DNA of 64,000 nt. Origin: Macrostomum lignano (taxonomy: Eukaryota). Shown here one piece after another: positions 33,001 through 45,756 of the stretch. The position numbers and the translations under genes were made by a program. Numbering within the stretch: position 1 is the first letter of the stretch; every line of letters starts with the position of its first letter. Below the pieces are notes generated by a model. That model had not been told where the DNA came from. It searched no databases and saw only the letters and a list, made by a program, of their open reading frames with translations. The DNA lies in the NCBI GenBank assembly GCA_002269645.1, contig NIVC01001521.1:62001-126000 (forward strand), written 5' to 3'.

Positions 33001-35738
33001 TTCCTCCTTGCGCTGCTTGGCTCGCTCGGACACGGGCTTGGCCAGGGTGACGCTGAGCGGGCCGCTATTGCCAATGCTGGTGCCGTCCAGCTTCTCCATG
33101 GCTCTGAGGGCGTCTTCGCGTTCTTCGAAGTGCACAAAGCCGTAGTCTTTGACTTTCTTGACGCGTTCAAGGGGCCGTAGACTGAGAATGCCTGCGGAGA
33201 TGAAATCAGGTTTTTAGCTTAAGTTAATAAGGTTAGCCTGATGTCCCTAATTCAATAATCAAAATTACAAAAAAGACGTACATGTATCAAATTTGAGGAT
33301 GAAAATTCTAAAATTAAATCTTCGAAATCCCAAGAATTACGAATGAAAATCCGAAATTCAAGATTTAAAATCCCAAAATATACAATCAAAAATTCCCAAT
33401 TCTAAGAATACAAATCCCCAATTCGAAGAATCCAAATCCCCTTATTCTAAGAATCCAAATCCCCAATTCTAAGAATCCAAATCCCCAATTCTAAGAATCC
33501 AAATCCCCAATTCTAAGAATCCAAATCCCCAATTCTAAGAATCCAAATCCCCAATTCTAAGAATCCAAATCCCCAATTCTAAGAATCCAAATCCCCAATT
33601 CTAGGAGTCCAAATCCCCAATTCTAAGAATCCAAATCCCCAATTTTAAGAAACCAAAACGCAATTCCAAGAATTCAAATCCTAACTCCAAGAACCCAATC
33701 CCAGTTGAAAATCGCATACCTCCTGCAGCTTATCCTCAGTCACATCCATGGTGAGGCTCTTCACGTACAGCACCCGAACCTTGGCCATGACGTCCGGATC
33801 GGGCTCGTCCAGTGGGTCAGCCCAGTCCACCCAGACATCGGACGACCAGACCCGGGGATATTTCATCAGCTTGCGACGGGCTGCGCTAGCCGAGCTGTGC
33901 TTGTCGAATTCTAAGAAACAGAAGCCTCGGTTCTTCTTCCGGGGATCGTCAGCTGAGCCATAGACAATCACGTCCACAACGCCGTCAAGGACGCGGGAGA
34001 AATCGTCCATGAGTTTTGCTCGGTCCAGGGTTTTCGGTATGTTGCCAACGAACAGGCGGAGGTTCGGGGTAGCCAGGTTCACCTGGGGGTGACAGGTGCG
34101 GAGAGGAATTGGTGACAGAGTGAAACGAGACAGCGAGAGTGAAAGAAAGACTGCAGGTGTTACAGAGTGAGACAGTGAGAGTGACAGAGTGAGACAGTGA
34201 CAGGGTGAGACTGTGAGCGTGGCAGGGTGACAGTGAGCGTGACAGAGTGAGACAGTGAGAGTGACAGGGTGAGACAGCAGTAGTGACAGAGTGAGACAAT
34301 GAGAGTAACAGGGTGAGACAGCAGGAGTGACAGAGGGAGACAGAGACAGGGGTGAGACAGTATGACAGCAGGAGTGACAGTGTGAGTGACAGAGTGAGCC
34401 AGCTAACAAGAAAGGACACAATGTACTGATTAATTAACAAACCTGTAACCGTCTCTGCGGTTTAATTTCGTATTCGTGAAACTTTTCGACCGCCTTTGAG
34501 GCGTCCTGCTTGCTGGTGTAGCACACGAAGCAGAACCCCCGGCCCATGCCAGTAGGAGGGTCAACCATCACCCGGATGTCGTAAATCGGACCAACTGGTC
34601 TGAACATCTGATAGATCCGATCCTCGTACATGTCTTTTGGCAGTTTGCCAACGAATATCTCGCACTGGGAGCTGTCCTTGAGCTCCTCGGCTCCGATTGG
34701 TGGCCCGAGGCGGCGTTGGCCAACCGTCACCTGCGAGTGATGAAGCGCCGCTTATATTTGTTGATATACACTACTAACACTAGTATCATGGGGGCGTATC
34801 CTAGTGGTGTAGCGCAGCCCTCAGATTACCAGTGCAGTCGCATTAATTTGAGGCTAAATTAGAATCTCGGCTTTGGCTCTGCTCGTGCAATTAACGCCCT
34901 TGAGGCCCAACCCCCAAGGCACAGTGAAGTGTACATGCCTAGCGATAAATAAAGTTAAGGAAGCTGTACACTCCTGTGTGAGTGTGTGCCTGTGCGTATG
35001 ACTGAGTAAGTATCCGCTCGCTTGTGTGCCTGCTCAGGGGAGTCGGCGGAATGGGCAGTAATGCCACTCAAAGTCCAACTTAAAACACTAGCAGCATACC
35101 TCGTGGCAGAATTTAATTTCGGCTAGCAGCTCCTTCAGTTTAGCTTCATCAGGCCCCAGTTTGGACGGGGTGGCACCTGATGCAGCCGCCGCACCAGCAG
35201 CTGCTCCGGTTGCCGAAGCGCCGGACGTCGACGGAGCGCCACTGGAGGCGGCGGAACCACGTCGATCAGCATCAGCGGGATCGCCCAGCTGCTGCTGTTG
35301 CCTCTTCAGCTTCATCTGTTTCACAAGACCGCACAGACAGGCAGACTTGTTACTGATATTGGTATAATCCTTAACCAGCAGTTCGTCAACTACTGAGCGA
35401 AGAAATTCAGCGTCCAAATCTTTCACGGCGTTAGTCGCTCGTTCGTCGAAGTCGTCTAGCGAGAAGATTTTATTCGGCGAGACAACTAACTCGGCTAAAA
35501 GATTAGCTAGCTCGGCTGAGATGCCTCTGTCTGAGTTCAGTTTGGCAACTATTGATTCTTTTTCTGTAGCAGTAGCCTCATTGTCATTGGAGTTCACAGC
35601 CTCGCTGTTATTATCCCCGCTGTAATTGCTGCCTTTCTTAGGCGCACTGGCATCCGTTGTTGATGCCTGCTTGACAGGTTTGTCCGTGGCCTGAGCTGAA
35701 TTGTTGCCATCAGCCGCTGGTTCAGCCTCAGTAGACAT
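30046..35738 (-). CDS. SYNCRIP: hnRNP Q/R (SYNCRIP) RNA-binding protein: N-terminal acidic/NURR domain, three RRMs, Q/P/RGG-rich tail
   Basis: Exons 35100-35738, 34443-34730 (RRM1: [10 protein letters not shown]…GRGFCFV), 33720-34082 (RRM2: RLFVGNIPK…[10 protein letters not shown]; VWVDWADP; KVRVLYVK), 32866-33191 (RRM3, 1-nt short at 33171-33174) and 30046-30573. Hallmarks include [14 protein letters not shown] and [11 protein letters not shown]. Confidence 0.93.
30595..30819. repeat. Degenerate ~20-bp minisatellite GAATGGCTGAATGGGGATCGT (left part, interrupted by transposon)
   Basis: The same motif resumes at 32650-32836 as GAATAGCTGAAAAGGATCGT. Confidence 0.85.
30820..32649. mobile_element. 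Non-autonomous CMC/EnSpm-like DNA transposon (1830 bp)
   Basis: TIR CCCTCTGGTAAATAAA[C/A]CAGATAACACCACAAGATAA at both ends; 2-bp TSD GT (30818-30819 and 32650-32651). The empty-site sequence GGAATTGTGAATGGC occurs in the host minisatellite (~30603). Subterminal GATAA/TTATC-rich repeats; no transposase ORF. Confidence 0.85.
32650..32836. repeat. 20-bp minisatellite GAATAGCTGAAAAGGATCGT
   Basis: About 9 near-perfect units. Confidence 0.95.
33395..33700. repeat. 22-bp minisatellite AATCCAAATCCCCAATTCTAAG
   Basis: Tandem units in hnRNP intron 3. Confidence 0.95.
34112..34402. repeat. Degenerate GAGTGACAGAGTGAGACAGT minisatellite
   Basis: Fills hnRNP intron 2. Confidence 0.85.
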
Positions 35739-38700
35739 TGAAGCACTTCTGCTGACTGCTACTTACAGGTCTATTTAGATTGTTGTTGAATTTTTCTTTC
35801 AGCTCCACATGAAACAAGTTTTAGCAGTCCCAATCAACATTACAACTTCAATACCTAATATATAGGCTATGCTTTTTAAAGATATTAAGTCATATTTAAT
35901 GCACACTTTGCATCATGCTCGCTTTTTCCATGTATACTCAGCAACATCGAATATTACAGAAGATTCCATCTGTGGTCGCCACTTTTAACAGTGCAGGTAA
36001 AGTCTTTCAATCTTGCCAGTGATGCAATTTAACTACACTACACCAGACTTGAGTTAAGGAATAAAGTGGGGGAGTGGTGTGCAAGGCCTGGATAGAAGCT
36101 ACCCCAATCAGTTTTCTCAGATCTTTTTTTTCAAAATAGTCAATTTTTTTAATAGTGCTGAGTATATATTTGTATAGACATACATGCACTTCCCCTCACT
36201 TTTGATATCTTCCCATTATTATAGAATATACTAAATTTTTGTTAAAGGAATCATATAAACATAGTCTACATTTATAAAGGGCACTAGGCTAATGCAATTG
36301 TTTTTTGGGCTTTTTCATTTTTCATTTGGATTTAGCTAAACTTTGAGATAAGCTATATGCTAAGCTATAAGCTAAGCTTTAACATTGAAAACATTTGTTG
36401 GCTTGTTTAACTATAACAGTCAATGTAACAATAAACTAGAAAAAAAGTTCAATAGTATAACTAGTAGTTATGGATCAATGAACACTAGTAATAATGATAG
36501 ATCTAATATAATCTAATATAGTATATTGGTAAATGCTGCTTCTGGATTTGACAATGAGTTACAAACTTATGATTAGCAAGTTGGTTTTAAGATTGCTAAC
36601 TATCCATGAGATTCTAGTACCTTGTGCAAGATATGGTGCTAGATGATAAATAACAATGTTAGTAGACTGACAATCTCTTAGTTTGCTATATTAAATTATT
36701 TTTCAGTTTTTTTCAAACTTTTAAACCAATTTATCAACTTTGCAATTGCTAGAATGCCCAGAGCACTAATCATAATTGCCTTTAAAGCCAACCTTAGGCT
36801 AACTGCAAAGCCCTTTGTCTGCCTTTGACATTGTTATTAACGTATAGAAGCTTTCACTGATGATAGCCAACAAGATATTGACTATTTATTAGTTGGACTT
36901 GGACACATGGGCTCTGAGGAATTTTTGGGTCTATGAACAATGTCCTAAGACTCTAGCCATGCAGCTACAGAGATGAGATGAGACAAGACTTGACATTTGT
37001 CTAATATTTATAATATACCTACTACTCATATTCATACATGTGCAACAGTTAGTCAAGTTGGCCAATCTGGCCCACTGATTTGGTGGCCAACCAAGGAAGT
37101 CGCAAAAATGCCCACCCAAACAGATACTCAAGTAGTAGTACTAAGTAGCTGATGAGGCATTTTGGCTTAATAAGACAGTCATAGTTACTCCTACCATTTA
37201 TCCAAAGTTGCGTTAATTTTGCTTTAGGGTTTTTTGTATGTAAGTTGCATTTTTGGCCAAAAACTACATCACATTTTTGTTAAAACTAAGTTGCACGGCT
37301 GACCAAATTTTGGAGGTTGCACATGCATGCTTATATTCCATTGGTTCCAATCATCTCTGTGTAAAAAACTGAAAACTAGTTTAATGCAATAAACTAGATT
37401 GCCTAGTAAACCTATTAGGCACCTTGACTATCTATCATACTTGTTAGTTCCCTATTTTACTATTTTAAAAATGTAGTAAACACTATACTAGTAGAACTAG
37501 TAGTACTATTTTATTTTGTTAAAGGACCCAATGATTTTCCTGAGTATTTTGCTAGTATTTACTATGAAAAAAACTTGCTTTTATCAATTTGAATAGTTGG
37601 CCATTGGCCCAAGTCTGCCTACTTGCATAGGGTAATTAAAGAACAACTAGGTGCAATTGCAATATGTTTAGCTATGTTTCACTTATGCATCATTATTGTC
37701 TTCTTTTTATCTCTAGCCTAACATATATGTAGGGCCTTAATAAATTTTAAAATCGCACCCTGAAATTAAAAAAGTAGGTGCGGTTTAAGTGCAGTCTTAT
37801 AACCATTTTTCTTTAAAGGCTTAACCATGCTTAAGCTATTTTTCATGCACTGCCTTAAAATATGAAACAAAATAACTCTTTAAATCCTATTAAGTCATAT
37901 AGGCGATATAGCCTATGGACTTATACATTCCCAGTTGTCTGAAACAAGACTCAAGAGAAATTGCACTTTGAGCCTTAAAATTGCACCTTGAAATTTGGTA
38001 CAAGGTGCGATTTTGCGCCTTGTCTCTGGCGAAAAAAAAACCTAGGTCATAGTTATTCCTGCTATTTATCCAAAGTTGCATTAATTTTGCTTTAGAGCTC
38101 TTTTTATATGTAAGTCACATTTTTGTTAAAACTAAGTCACATGGCCAACCGAATTTTGGAGGTTGCGAAATTCTGTACCCTAATACTATAAATAATAAGC
38201 AACTGTCTAAGCTATAGTAAGCAACTCAGTAAATAATAAGCATTATCCAACTCTGAGTTGGCCTAGGTTAGGCCTAATATCTAGTAATCTCTAATAATTT
38301 TTGGGTATACAGTAATGATATAGCTTATAGCTAGTTATACTAGTACTATATGTATTAGCATTATAACTTATCAGTATTAATAAAAATTCAAATGAAAAAT
38401 GATTTTGAAAATAAAACCACATTGGTACCTTATACAGATATAGGCCTTAGTCAAATTTAATATATATTTGATTAATCGAAAATTATTTTAAAGATCATTA
38501 GGCTTAGGCCTAGCTATTCTTAGGCCTAATCTTATTAAAGATTGTATAAAAAGCTTTATTTCAAAATCCTAGTTTCTTTTCTTCTTAGGGCCTAGGCAAA
38601 GCCGCAAAGGTCTAAAAAAGAACAAAGGTAAGACCAAGCAATTTTTTTGCCAAAAACAAAGCCACCTGTGACCCTTCAACCCTTTCCCTAGGTCTTTACT

Positions 38701-39789
38701 ATCTAAGAATCTTCCCCCTCAACAAATTTTTAAGTTTACTACTAGTAGCCTAAGCCTACAATAAACTAAAGTTAGATTTATTGCTAGCTTGCTTTGCACT
38801 AGTTACACCAATCAATAAGAGTACTAGCCTTTGTATTCTGATATAGACTATACACTATTAATGAGTAATAACCTAATACACAAAATGCTTGTAGTTTTTC
38901 AACTCTACAGTTGAATAAAAAAGTTTGATTTATTAGACCCAGCAAGAAACATGTGCAACACAACAATATTGTCCGTGGCTATGCAATCAATTTGGAACTC
39001 TTGTATCACCCTCCTCTAAGCTGAAGCCCAGTCATTTTCATCGGACTCAGACAGTTGACTGCAGTGTGAATGCCTGAAATTAGACCTACTTGTAAAAATT
39101 ACAAATTGACAGCATAAAAAAATGAGGTGAATGTAATTCATAATTGTCAAAGATTATTTAATCATTCTAACATTTTGCATGATCGCTCGAAAATTTGCTT
39201 CATTTGATGGTAGTGTGGCTTCCATATATTTTTTCTTAACAGACAGATATTCTTAGTATATAGGATTTAGCAGTTTCCCCTTGCAGAGTTCAAGACCAAA
39301 TAATCGAATTCAGACCTATCAGATTCTGCTTTTTAATCTGACTTCGTGACTTTTACTTATGTTTTCTCAGTCTTGGCCCAATAAACCATTTTTATACACA
39401 TTTTGTTGTCCTAAAATGACGGAAATTAGCGTGTGCAAAAGTTCCACACCTGATAATAAATAACTATATCCTTGCCGTACAACTACTGTCGGTCGGATCG
39501 GATCAACTGATCATAAAAAATCGCGTTTATAAAATAAATCTTTTCGAAAAAGTTAAACATGTGCCCGTTTTGTGCCCTAGAGTAAAAGAAATTCTTAAAC
39601 TTTTCTTTCTGCATTTGAAACAAAATTGTCTTTATTTGGCAGATAAATACACTTTATTATAAATGCTGTTAGTATGTGGTAATCTAATTTCCGTTAATCC
39701 GTCTTTTTGAGTCGGAATAATTGCAAATTAATCTGAGTTGTTGGTCTATCCGAGAACACGAGAATTGCCTACAGAAAGTTTTCCTTTTC

Positions 39790-39995
39790 CAACAGCGAGG
39801 TTTTCTCGCAGTTTTCCCCCGCGAGCTTTTCCCGCAGCGAGGCCCCGCAGAAGTTTTTCTCGCGGGAGTTTATCCCGCAGCGAGGTTTTCCCGCACGAGT
39901 TTTTCCCGCAGCGAGGTTTCATTCCCGCTGGAGATTCTCCGCTGAGATTTCCCAGCCGAGATTTTCCTGCAGCAAGGTTTTCCCGCGAGAGTTTT
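39790..39995. repeat. Degenerate TTTTCCCGCAGCGAGG minisatellite
   Basis: About 10 imperfect units. Confidence 0.8.
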
Positions 39996-40058
39996 TTCCT
40001 TCCTTCACAATTTTACTACATGTAAACTCAGTTGCACGCAGTTAATTACTTGTGCTGC

Positions 40059-41382
40059 CAGCGGTGTCGGAACAATATATTTCAAAAGTGCAGGGGGGGC
40101 TATTGGTGGGAGGCACATTGCACATGATTTTTTAATCTAAGGGCACCCTAACTCCTGCTGTTACCTATGTCAGTTTGCGACATTAATTGTGACAACCAGG
40201 CCAATATTCAATTCTGTGTTGGAAGTGGCCAAAGTGTGAAAAATGTTCGAATTTTCAACAAATTCAAACATTGCGCACTGCACTACTGCACTATCAATTT
40301 ACATGTATTTAGTAAATATCTCAAATGAATGCATGAAAATTGCCAGGGCAAGACCAGTAATTTTCTGGATCTCTTGGCTGCCTCCTTCAGTTCCTCTTGG
40401 CGCTGACTCTTTATTCTTTTACATGTATCTGACGGCATTTTAGTGCTTTTAGTTGCAGCGCCAGAAGCGGTTTAAGTCTTTGGGATTGCGGCGGACTCGG
40501 AATTTCGATCAGAGATGCCAAAGTAAAAGGGCTAAATGCTAAAACAGGGGTTGGCAAACTCCGGCCTGAGAGGCAAAATGTGGCCCCGCAAAGCCTCTCC
40601 ATCCAGGCCTTAATTGGGTCCTTAATTTGAATCTTCACAATGGCAATCCGCCCCGCTCGATGTTTGTGTCTCTTCTCATCTCTCTTCCCTCACCTCTCTC
40701 TTCTCATATTCTCCTCTAATCTCCTCTCCTCACCTCTCTTCTCTCCTCTCATCTCCTTACCTATCTCCTCTCCTCTCTCCTTTCCTCTCCTCTCCTCTCC
40801 TCTCTTCTCATCTCCTATCCTCTCTCCTTTCCTCTTATCTCCCCACCTCTCCTCACTTCTCTCTCCTCTCCTCTCATCTCCTCTCCTTTCCTCTCCTCTA
40901 ATTTCCTCACCTCTCTTCTGTTCTCTCATCTCCTCACCTTTCTCCTCTCCTCTCCTTTATTCCTTCGCCTCTCCATTCTCCTGCGCTCGTATTTCTGTTC
41001 TTTATTCCTCATCCTCTCTCCCTATAGCCCGCAGTCATCAGGGACTCCTGGGCGCGCATTTTGTTTAGGGGCCAGCAAAGCGGACCCATGCAGAGGGCAG
41101 TCGCGCTGTTCTCAATCCGGCCCTTGAGGTAAAAAGCTTGCTGACCCCTGTACTAAAAGCACTAGGCTTAGGCACATTAGATAAAAGCGGCAGTGGAATG
41201 GGATTGAGAACAACATGAACTATTACATCAGCTGATACCCTAAGCTTCCAAGACTCAGAAAAGCCAAAGCCGAAAACCGGCCGACACACCGGCGACAAAT
41301 TCAGAAAGGGAATTGCAGGATCATGCTAAAAAGTGGGGGGATGGCTCCAGCCCCACGTGCCACCCCGGTTCCGACACCCCAG
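40059..41382. mobile_element. hAT-type non-autonomous element (outer), containing a nested MITE
   Basis: Ends CAGCGGTGTCGGAAC…GTTCCGACACCCCAG; exact 8-bp TSD TGTGCTGC at 40051-40058 and 41383-41390. Confidence 0.85.
40545..41150 (+). mobile_element. hAT (Charlie-like) MITE (inner) with internal (CTC)n tract
   Basis: TIRs CAGGGGTTGGCAA…TTGCTGACCCCTG; TSD TGCTAAAA/TACTAAAA (7/8 match); pyrimidine tract ~40670-41010. Confidence 0.85.
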
Positions 41383-42836
41383 TGTGCTGCACTTTGCTAC
41401 ATGTGTATACAGCAGCTGCATATCAATCCAAGTAACAAGAAACATAAATAAAAGTCGCATTCCTTTTAAATAGAGCAATAAAACTAAGGCACTAAATACA
41501 CTGTATATATAATAAAAAATCTAAATATTGATGCAATAATAGGACTGAAATATATATTTGTTATAAACGGTACTACATGTACAATATTAAAGATATTAAA
41601 TAACACAAAATCAATCACTATCGCGGCTCAATTAAAGGCGCTTAAGGTTCACAAAAACATAGAACATAATTTAAATTTATTTTTAATAATGAAAAAATAA
41701 ATAAGATTGACAACATTTATTTAACAATTGCTACTTTTAAACATCAACAAGAAAAGTTTTAGATGTTTATTAAAATTAAGATTTTTAATAGTTTAGTAAA
41801 CATTTTCTTATATATTAAGATTCCATCTTAAAGTTAGAGATAAATACTATTTGTTAATAAGAAATTATGTTTGAATAGCTAAGCAACCTAACTTGAATGG
41901 CATGATCTGCTAAAAATGAATAATGCCGGAAATTTCCGGAAAAATGTCGGTCATGGAAAAGTAATATTAAATTAGTACTATTATAGTATTATTGAAGCTG
42001 AGACTAAATAGATGCAAATACAGCGAAAGAAGTGTTATAAGCTCGAAAAATCGCGGAGTTCAGATACTCCACTACAACGATAAACAAAAATAAATACATT
42101 TAGGATAAACAATCAAATAATTATGAACACACTACACATAATAGTAAACGATAGCACACACGGTTCGAAAAACACACCCCTTCTAAATCCATTCGTTTTT
42201 CAATTAAGTCGTTAGTTATCATTTTGAATAAATCGTCCTAAAAGTACATGCTGCCTTATAGCTACATGTAAGTCTAGTTTCATTTAAAATTTGATTTATT
42301 TAACAACAGAAAGCTATAATTAAGGATTTACAAAGAAGATTTAAACAAACAATAATATTTAACGACGGTTTCATTTCTGTAGCTACAAGTCTTATAGATT
42401 AATTCTATCGATTAAAGAAGGCTAATTATTATACCCTAAAAATTAAATAAAGAGACAACCTACAAAGGCGTGAAATTGAAGATTTTGCACCAAAAAATTC
42501 GAAAGCAGCTACCAAGTGACGGATTTCAGACAGCTGATTCATGATTCAGCCAACCTTGTGAAAATAGAAAATGAGTCTATAGCTGTATATGACTTGACGA
42601 TTATTTACCTAAATTTCTAAGCCTAATTTTAAAAAATCTGACGTACTAAAAAGACAGATATAACAAAACCTAATGTTAGACTAGCTCGTATAAGTTCCGG
42701 ATTCAAAGTAACAAATATATAGAAAAGCTATTTTAGCACTACTCCGTAATGAATTATAGGTAAAACTAAAACAAAAACGTCATGTTTAAAAAATATGTTA
42801 TGGGCTCGAACCATAACACCTTGAATCAAATTGCAC

Positions 42837-44499
42837 TCAAGCCGTTGGAATCGTCCACTGAGATCGAGGCTTCCCAGTACTCGAATCGACCTCTTGAGCT
42901 GCTAGAAACGCGGCGTGCCTAGCAACCACTGTGCCGCTACTGGCGTGCTGATCAAACCAAGTCCATACGAAATCCACAGCGTCCGGTCGAGACTCCAACA
43001 ATTTCAAATTGGGCAAATGCTCGGCATCTTGAGGATCTTCAACCGAGTCAAGTGGCAAATTCAAATAGTGCCTCAGCATCCGATTGGTGATGTCTTTGCC
43101 GCGGTGGGACGAGAAAAATCCTGTGGACGGTCCAGCATCGATGATGTAGCCAAAAACGCTGACGAAATGTGACAGGTCCTTGCCCAGGGCCTCTTGGGTC
43201 ATCTCCTTGGTTGGATAGGTTGCCGAGGTCAAAGCGGCGCGTTTAGCCAACGTCTCGGCCGAAGGCTTGTACACTGGCGTGGCCTCCAGCCGGGCTATGT
43301 AGTCTTTGTTCAGGCCTGCCGCTTTGGCACCGTTGATTAACAGGCGTAGGTAACGACCTGGACGAGGGTAATAGAGGACGATTATGATAAAAGCGGCACC
43401 TACGAGCGTAGGCTAAAGGCTAAGGGAATCATCCAGAGTCACTTGGGTCGCCACAGAGTCCTTGCGGATGACAAATACATGTATATAAAATAGGAAAAAA
43501 GTCACTCAAAACAACTCTAAAACGACGAGATGTCACGGTACAAGTTGCCAAAGAGTCGTCAAAGAGTCGCCTAAGAGTCAATTTGAAGCGTTTTATTGGT
43601 TTGCGACTCTGAAACGACTTTGGGGCGACGGTATAACGACTCTGGGGTCGTACAAGTAATTGAGGCGTGGTAGAGTCCCTAAGTTGTGTTTGAAGCGCGT
43701 TTGCGTCGCTTGATGAATTAGAGTCATGTCTCTAGCAAAAGTTAAGCGCCAACGCAGCGATTGTTGGACGACTCTTACGATTCTACATCTCACACATGAC
43801 GTTTTTGTGACGCAACAGTCGCCTCTCCGTCGCACTAGACGCGTTTGAGTCATTAGAGTCACTGGAGAGCTGTTTGCAACGACTTTTTAAGCGATTCTTG
43901 TCACGATAAAGCGCATGCAGTGTACCGTTCTGATTTAAAAAATGTGCATACACACAGTCTCTAATCCCCTCCTCTAAACTCAAAATACCCAAATACACAC
44001 CTGACGGGTTGCCCACTCGAACCTCTCGCTGCGGTTTGTTAACATAAACGTAGCCATCAAGTTTCCGACCATCGTAGGCCTCCAGGATAACGGACGCTTT
44101 GTCGTAGCCCATTTCAACTTTGTCCATTTTAGCGATCGAATCCGCGTCAGTTTCAAACGCTACGCCGTGAATGTTGTCTGACTCGGCTGGGTGATCAGGA
44201 TAGTTAAAGAATTGTTAATTATTGTTGATTTACATGAGCAGAGATCAATGAGCAGTCAATCAATGAGAAGTTTCTTAGGTCATACAGACACACAAACCTT
44301 ACTCACAGCCTTTTTCGCAGTTGGCGAAGAAGGGCTCAGCCAGTGGTATAGCAGCCAGTGAGAAAGCCATCTTGTAGCCTCTCAGCACAGCCGGTGTGCT
44401 CTGCAGCACTTCGACGCCTTTCTTCTTGGACAAATTCTCGCTGTCCATGTTGCTTCCGTATCCAAAGAACCAAATAGTTGATTTATTTGCACCAGACAT
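42837..44499 (-). CDS. Gamma-glutamylcyclotransferase (GGCT/AIG2-like) protein with C-terminal extension, paralog A
   Basis: Exons 44307-44499 (WFFGYGSNM…VLRGYKMAF), 44001-44186 (IHGVAFE…MDKVEMGY) and 42837-43357 (PSGRYLRLLINGAKAAGLNKDYIARL…); phases 1/1 are compatible. The motifs match the GGCT fold, including the putative catalytic Glu. Confidence 0.85.
43495..43890. mobile_element. Degenerate MITE-like insertion in intron 2 of GGCT-like paralog A
   Basis: Imperfect inverted ends (AAAAAGTCACTCAAAACAACTCT vs the reverse complement AAAAAGTCGTTGCAAACAGCTCT) and many GAGTC/GACTC motifs in opposite orientations; TSD not identified. Confidence 0.45.
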
Positions 44500-44689
44500 A
44501 TTTAAACACTGCAATGTTAGATGATAAAAATATTGTTGACGACAAAGCAGTTCAAATAATTTCTTGCTAACAAAGGTAATTTTGCAATCTGAAATTATTG
44601 CATTGAAACTCAAGATGTAAATTCAGTCAAAGTTGAAAATTTTACTTAATGGATTGCTTGTCGTTTTATAGGCTTGCAGACGCACTCAC

Positions 44690-45185
44690 TGGAGGACAAC
44701 CCGAGGTTTATAGAAGCATCCCCTGAAGGACGACCTGAGGTTTGTAGGAGCATTCACTGAAGGACAACCTCAGGTGTATAGAAGCACCCCCTGAAGGACA
44801 ACCGGAGGTTTTTAGAAGCACCCCTGAACGACAATTGGAGGTTTGGAGAAGCACCCCTGAACGACAATTGGAGGTTTGGAGAAGCACCCCTGAAGGACAA
44901 TTGGAGGTTTGGAGAAGCACCCCTGAACGACAATTGGAGGTTTGGAGAAGCACCCCTGAACGACAATTGGAGGTTTGGAGAAGCACCCCTGAACGACTAC
45001 CGGAGGTTTGGAGAAGCACCCCTGAACGACAATTGGAGGTTTGGAGAAGCACCCCTGAACGACTACCGGAGGTTTGCAGGACCCCCTGAACGACAACTGA
45101 AGGCTTTCAGAAGCACTCACTAAAGGGCAACATAATGGTTGCAGAAGCACCCCCTGAAGGACAATCGGAGGTTTGTAGAATAAGC
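44690..45185. repeat. 33-bp minisatellite GAAGCACCCCTGAACGACAATTGGAGGTTTGGA
   Basis: Tandem units between the two GGCT-like genes; the 33-bp period explains ORFs 44708-45198. Confidence 0.95.
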
Positions 45186-45756
45186 CATTAAAGGACAAAC
45201 CTGAGAGTTGAACCTATCGAAAGATACCTTGAAGAGGATAGAAAGCACTCCATACCTACTTATAAAAAATATAGCGCTGAATAAAAGGTAATCAACAAAA
45301 AACAATTAATAACTCTTTTATTTAGCAAGATTCGTACAAACACAAAAACTATAAAAGGCATTGGCTTTTCATTGTATAGAAATGAATATTCTCTTTACAA
45401 AAGAAGATATCACAAATATCAATTGAGAAGCCAGCAAAAATTGGCCTAAAATGATGAAAAAATCTGCAGCAATATCACAATTCGTGGAAGAAGAGATTAA
45501 TCTAACAGACTTGCAAGAAAGTTAACCAAAATTAAATTAACAACAAAAAAATCGCCTATAAATAATGCAATAATGCAAGCGGTCCTTTACAGCGGACTTT
45601 CTAATCGTCAGGCACGTACACTCTCTGTGCATTGGTGCAATTTTTTCGAGCACAAAAGCCACAAATTATAAAACAAAACTCTTTGGTGTCAATATTCTAA
45701 TACTACGACTTTACTAATAAGTTCCTACCACGCCAGGCATCCGTGACCGTCTGAAT

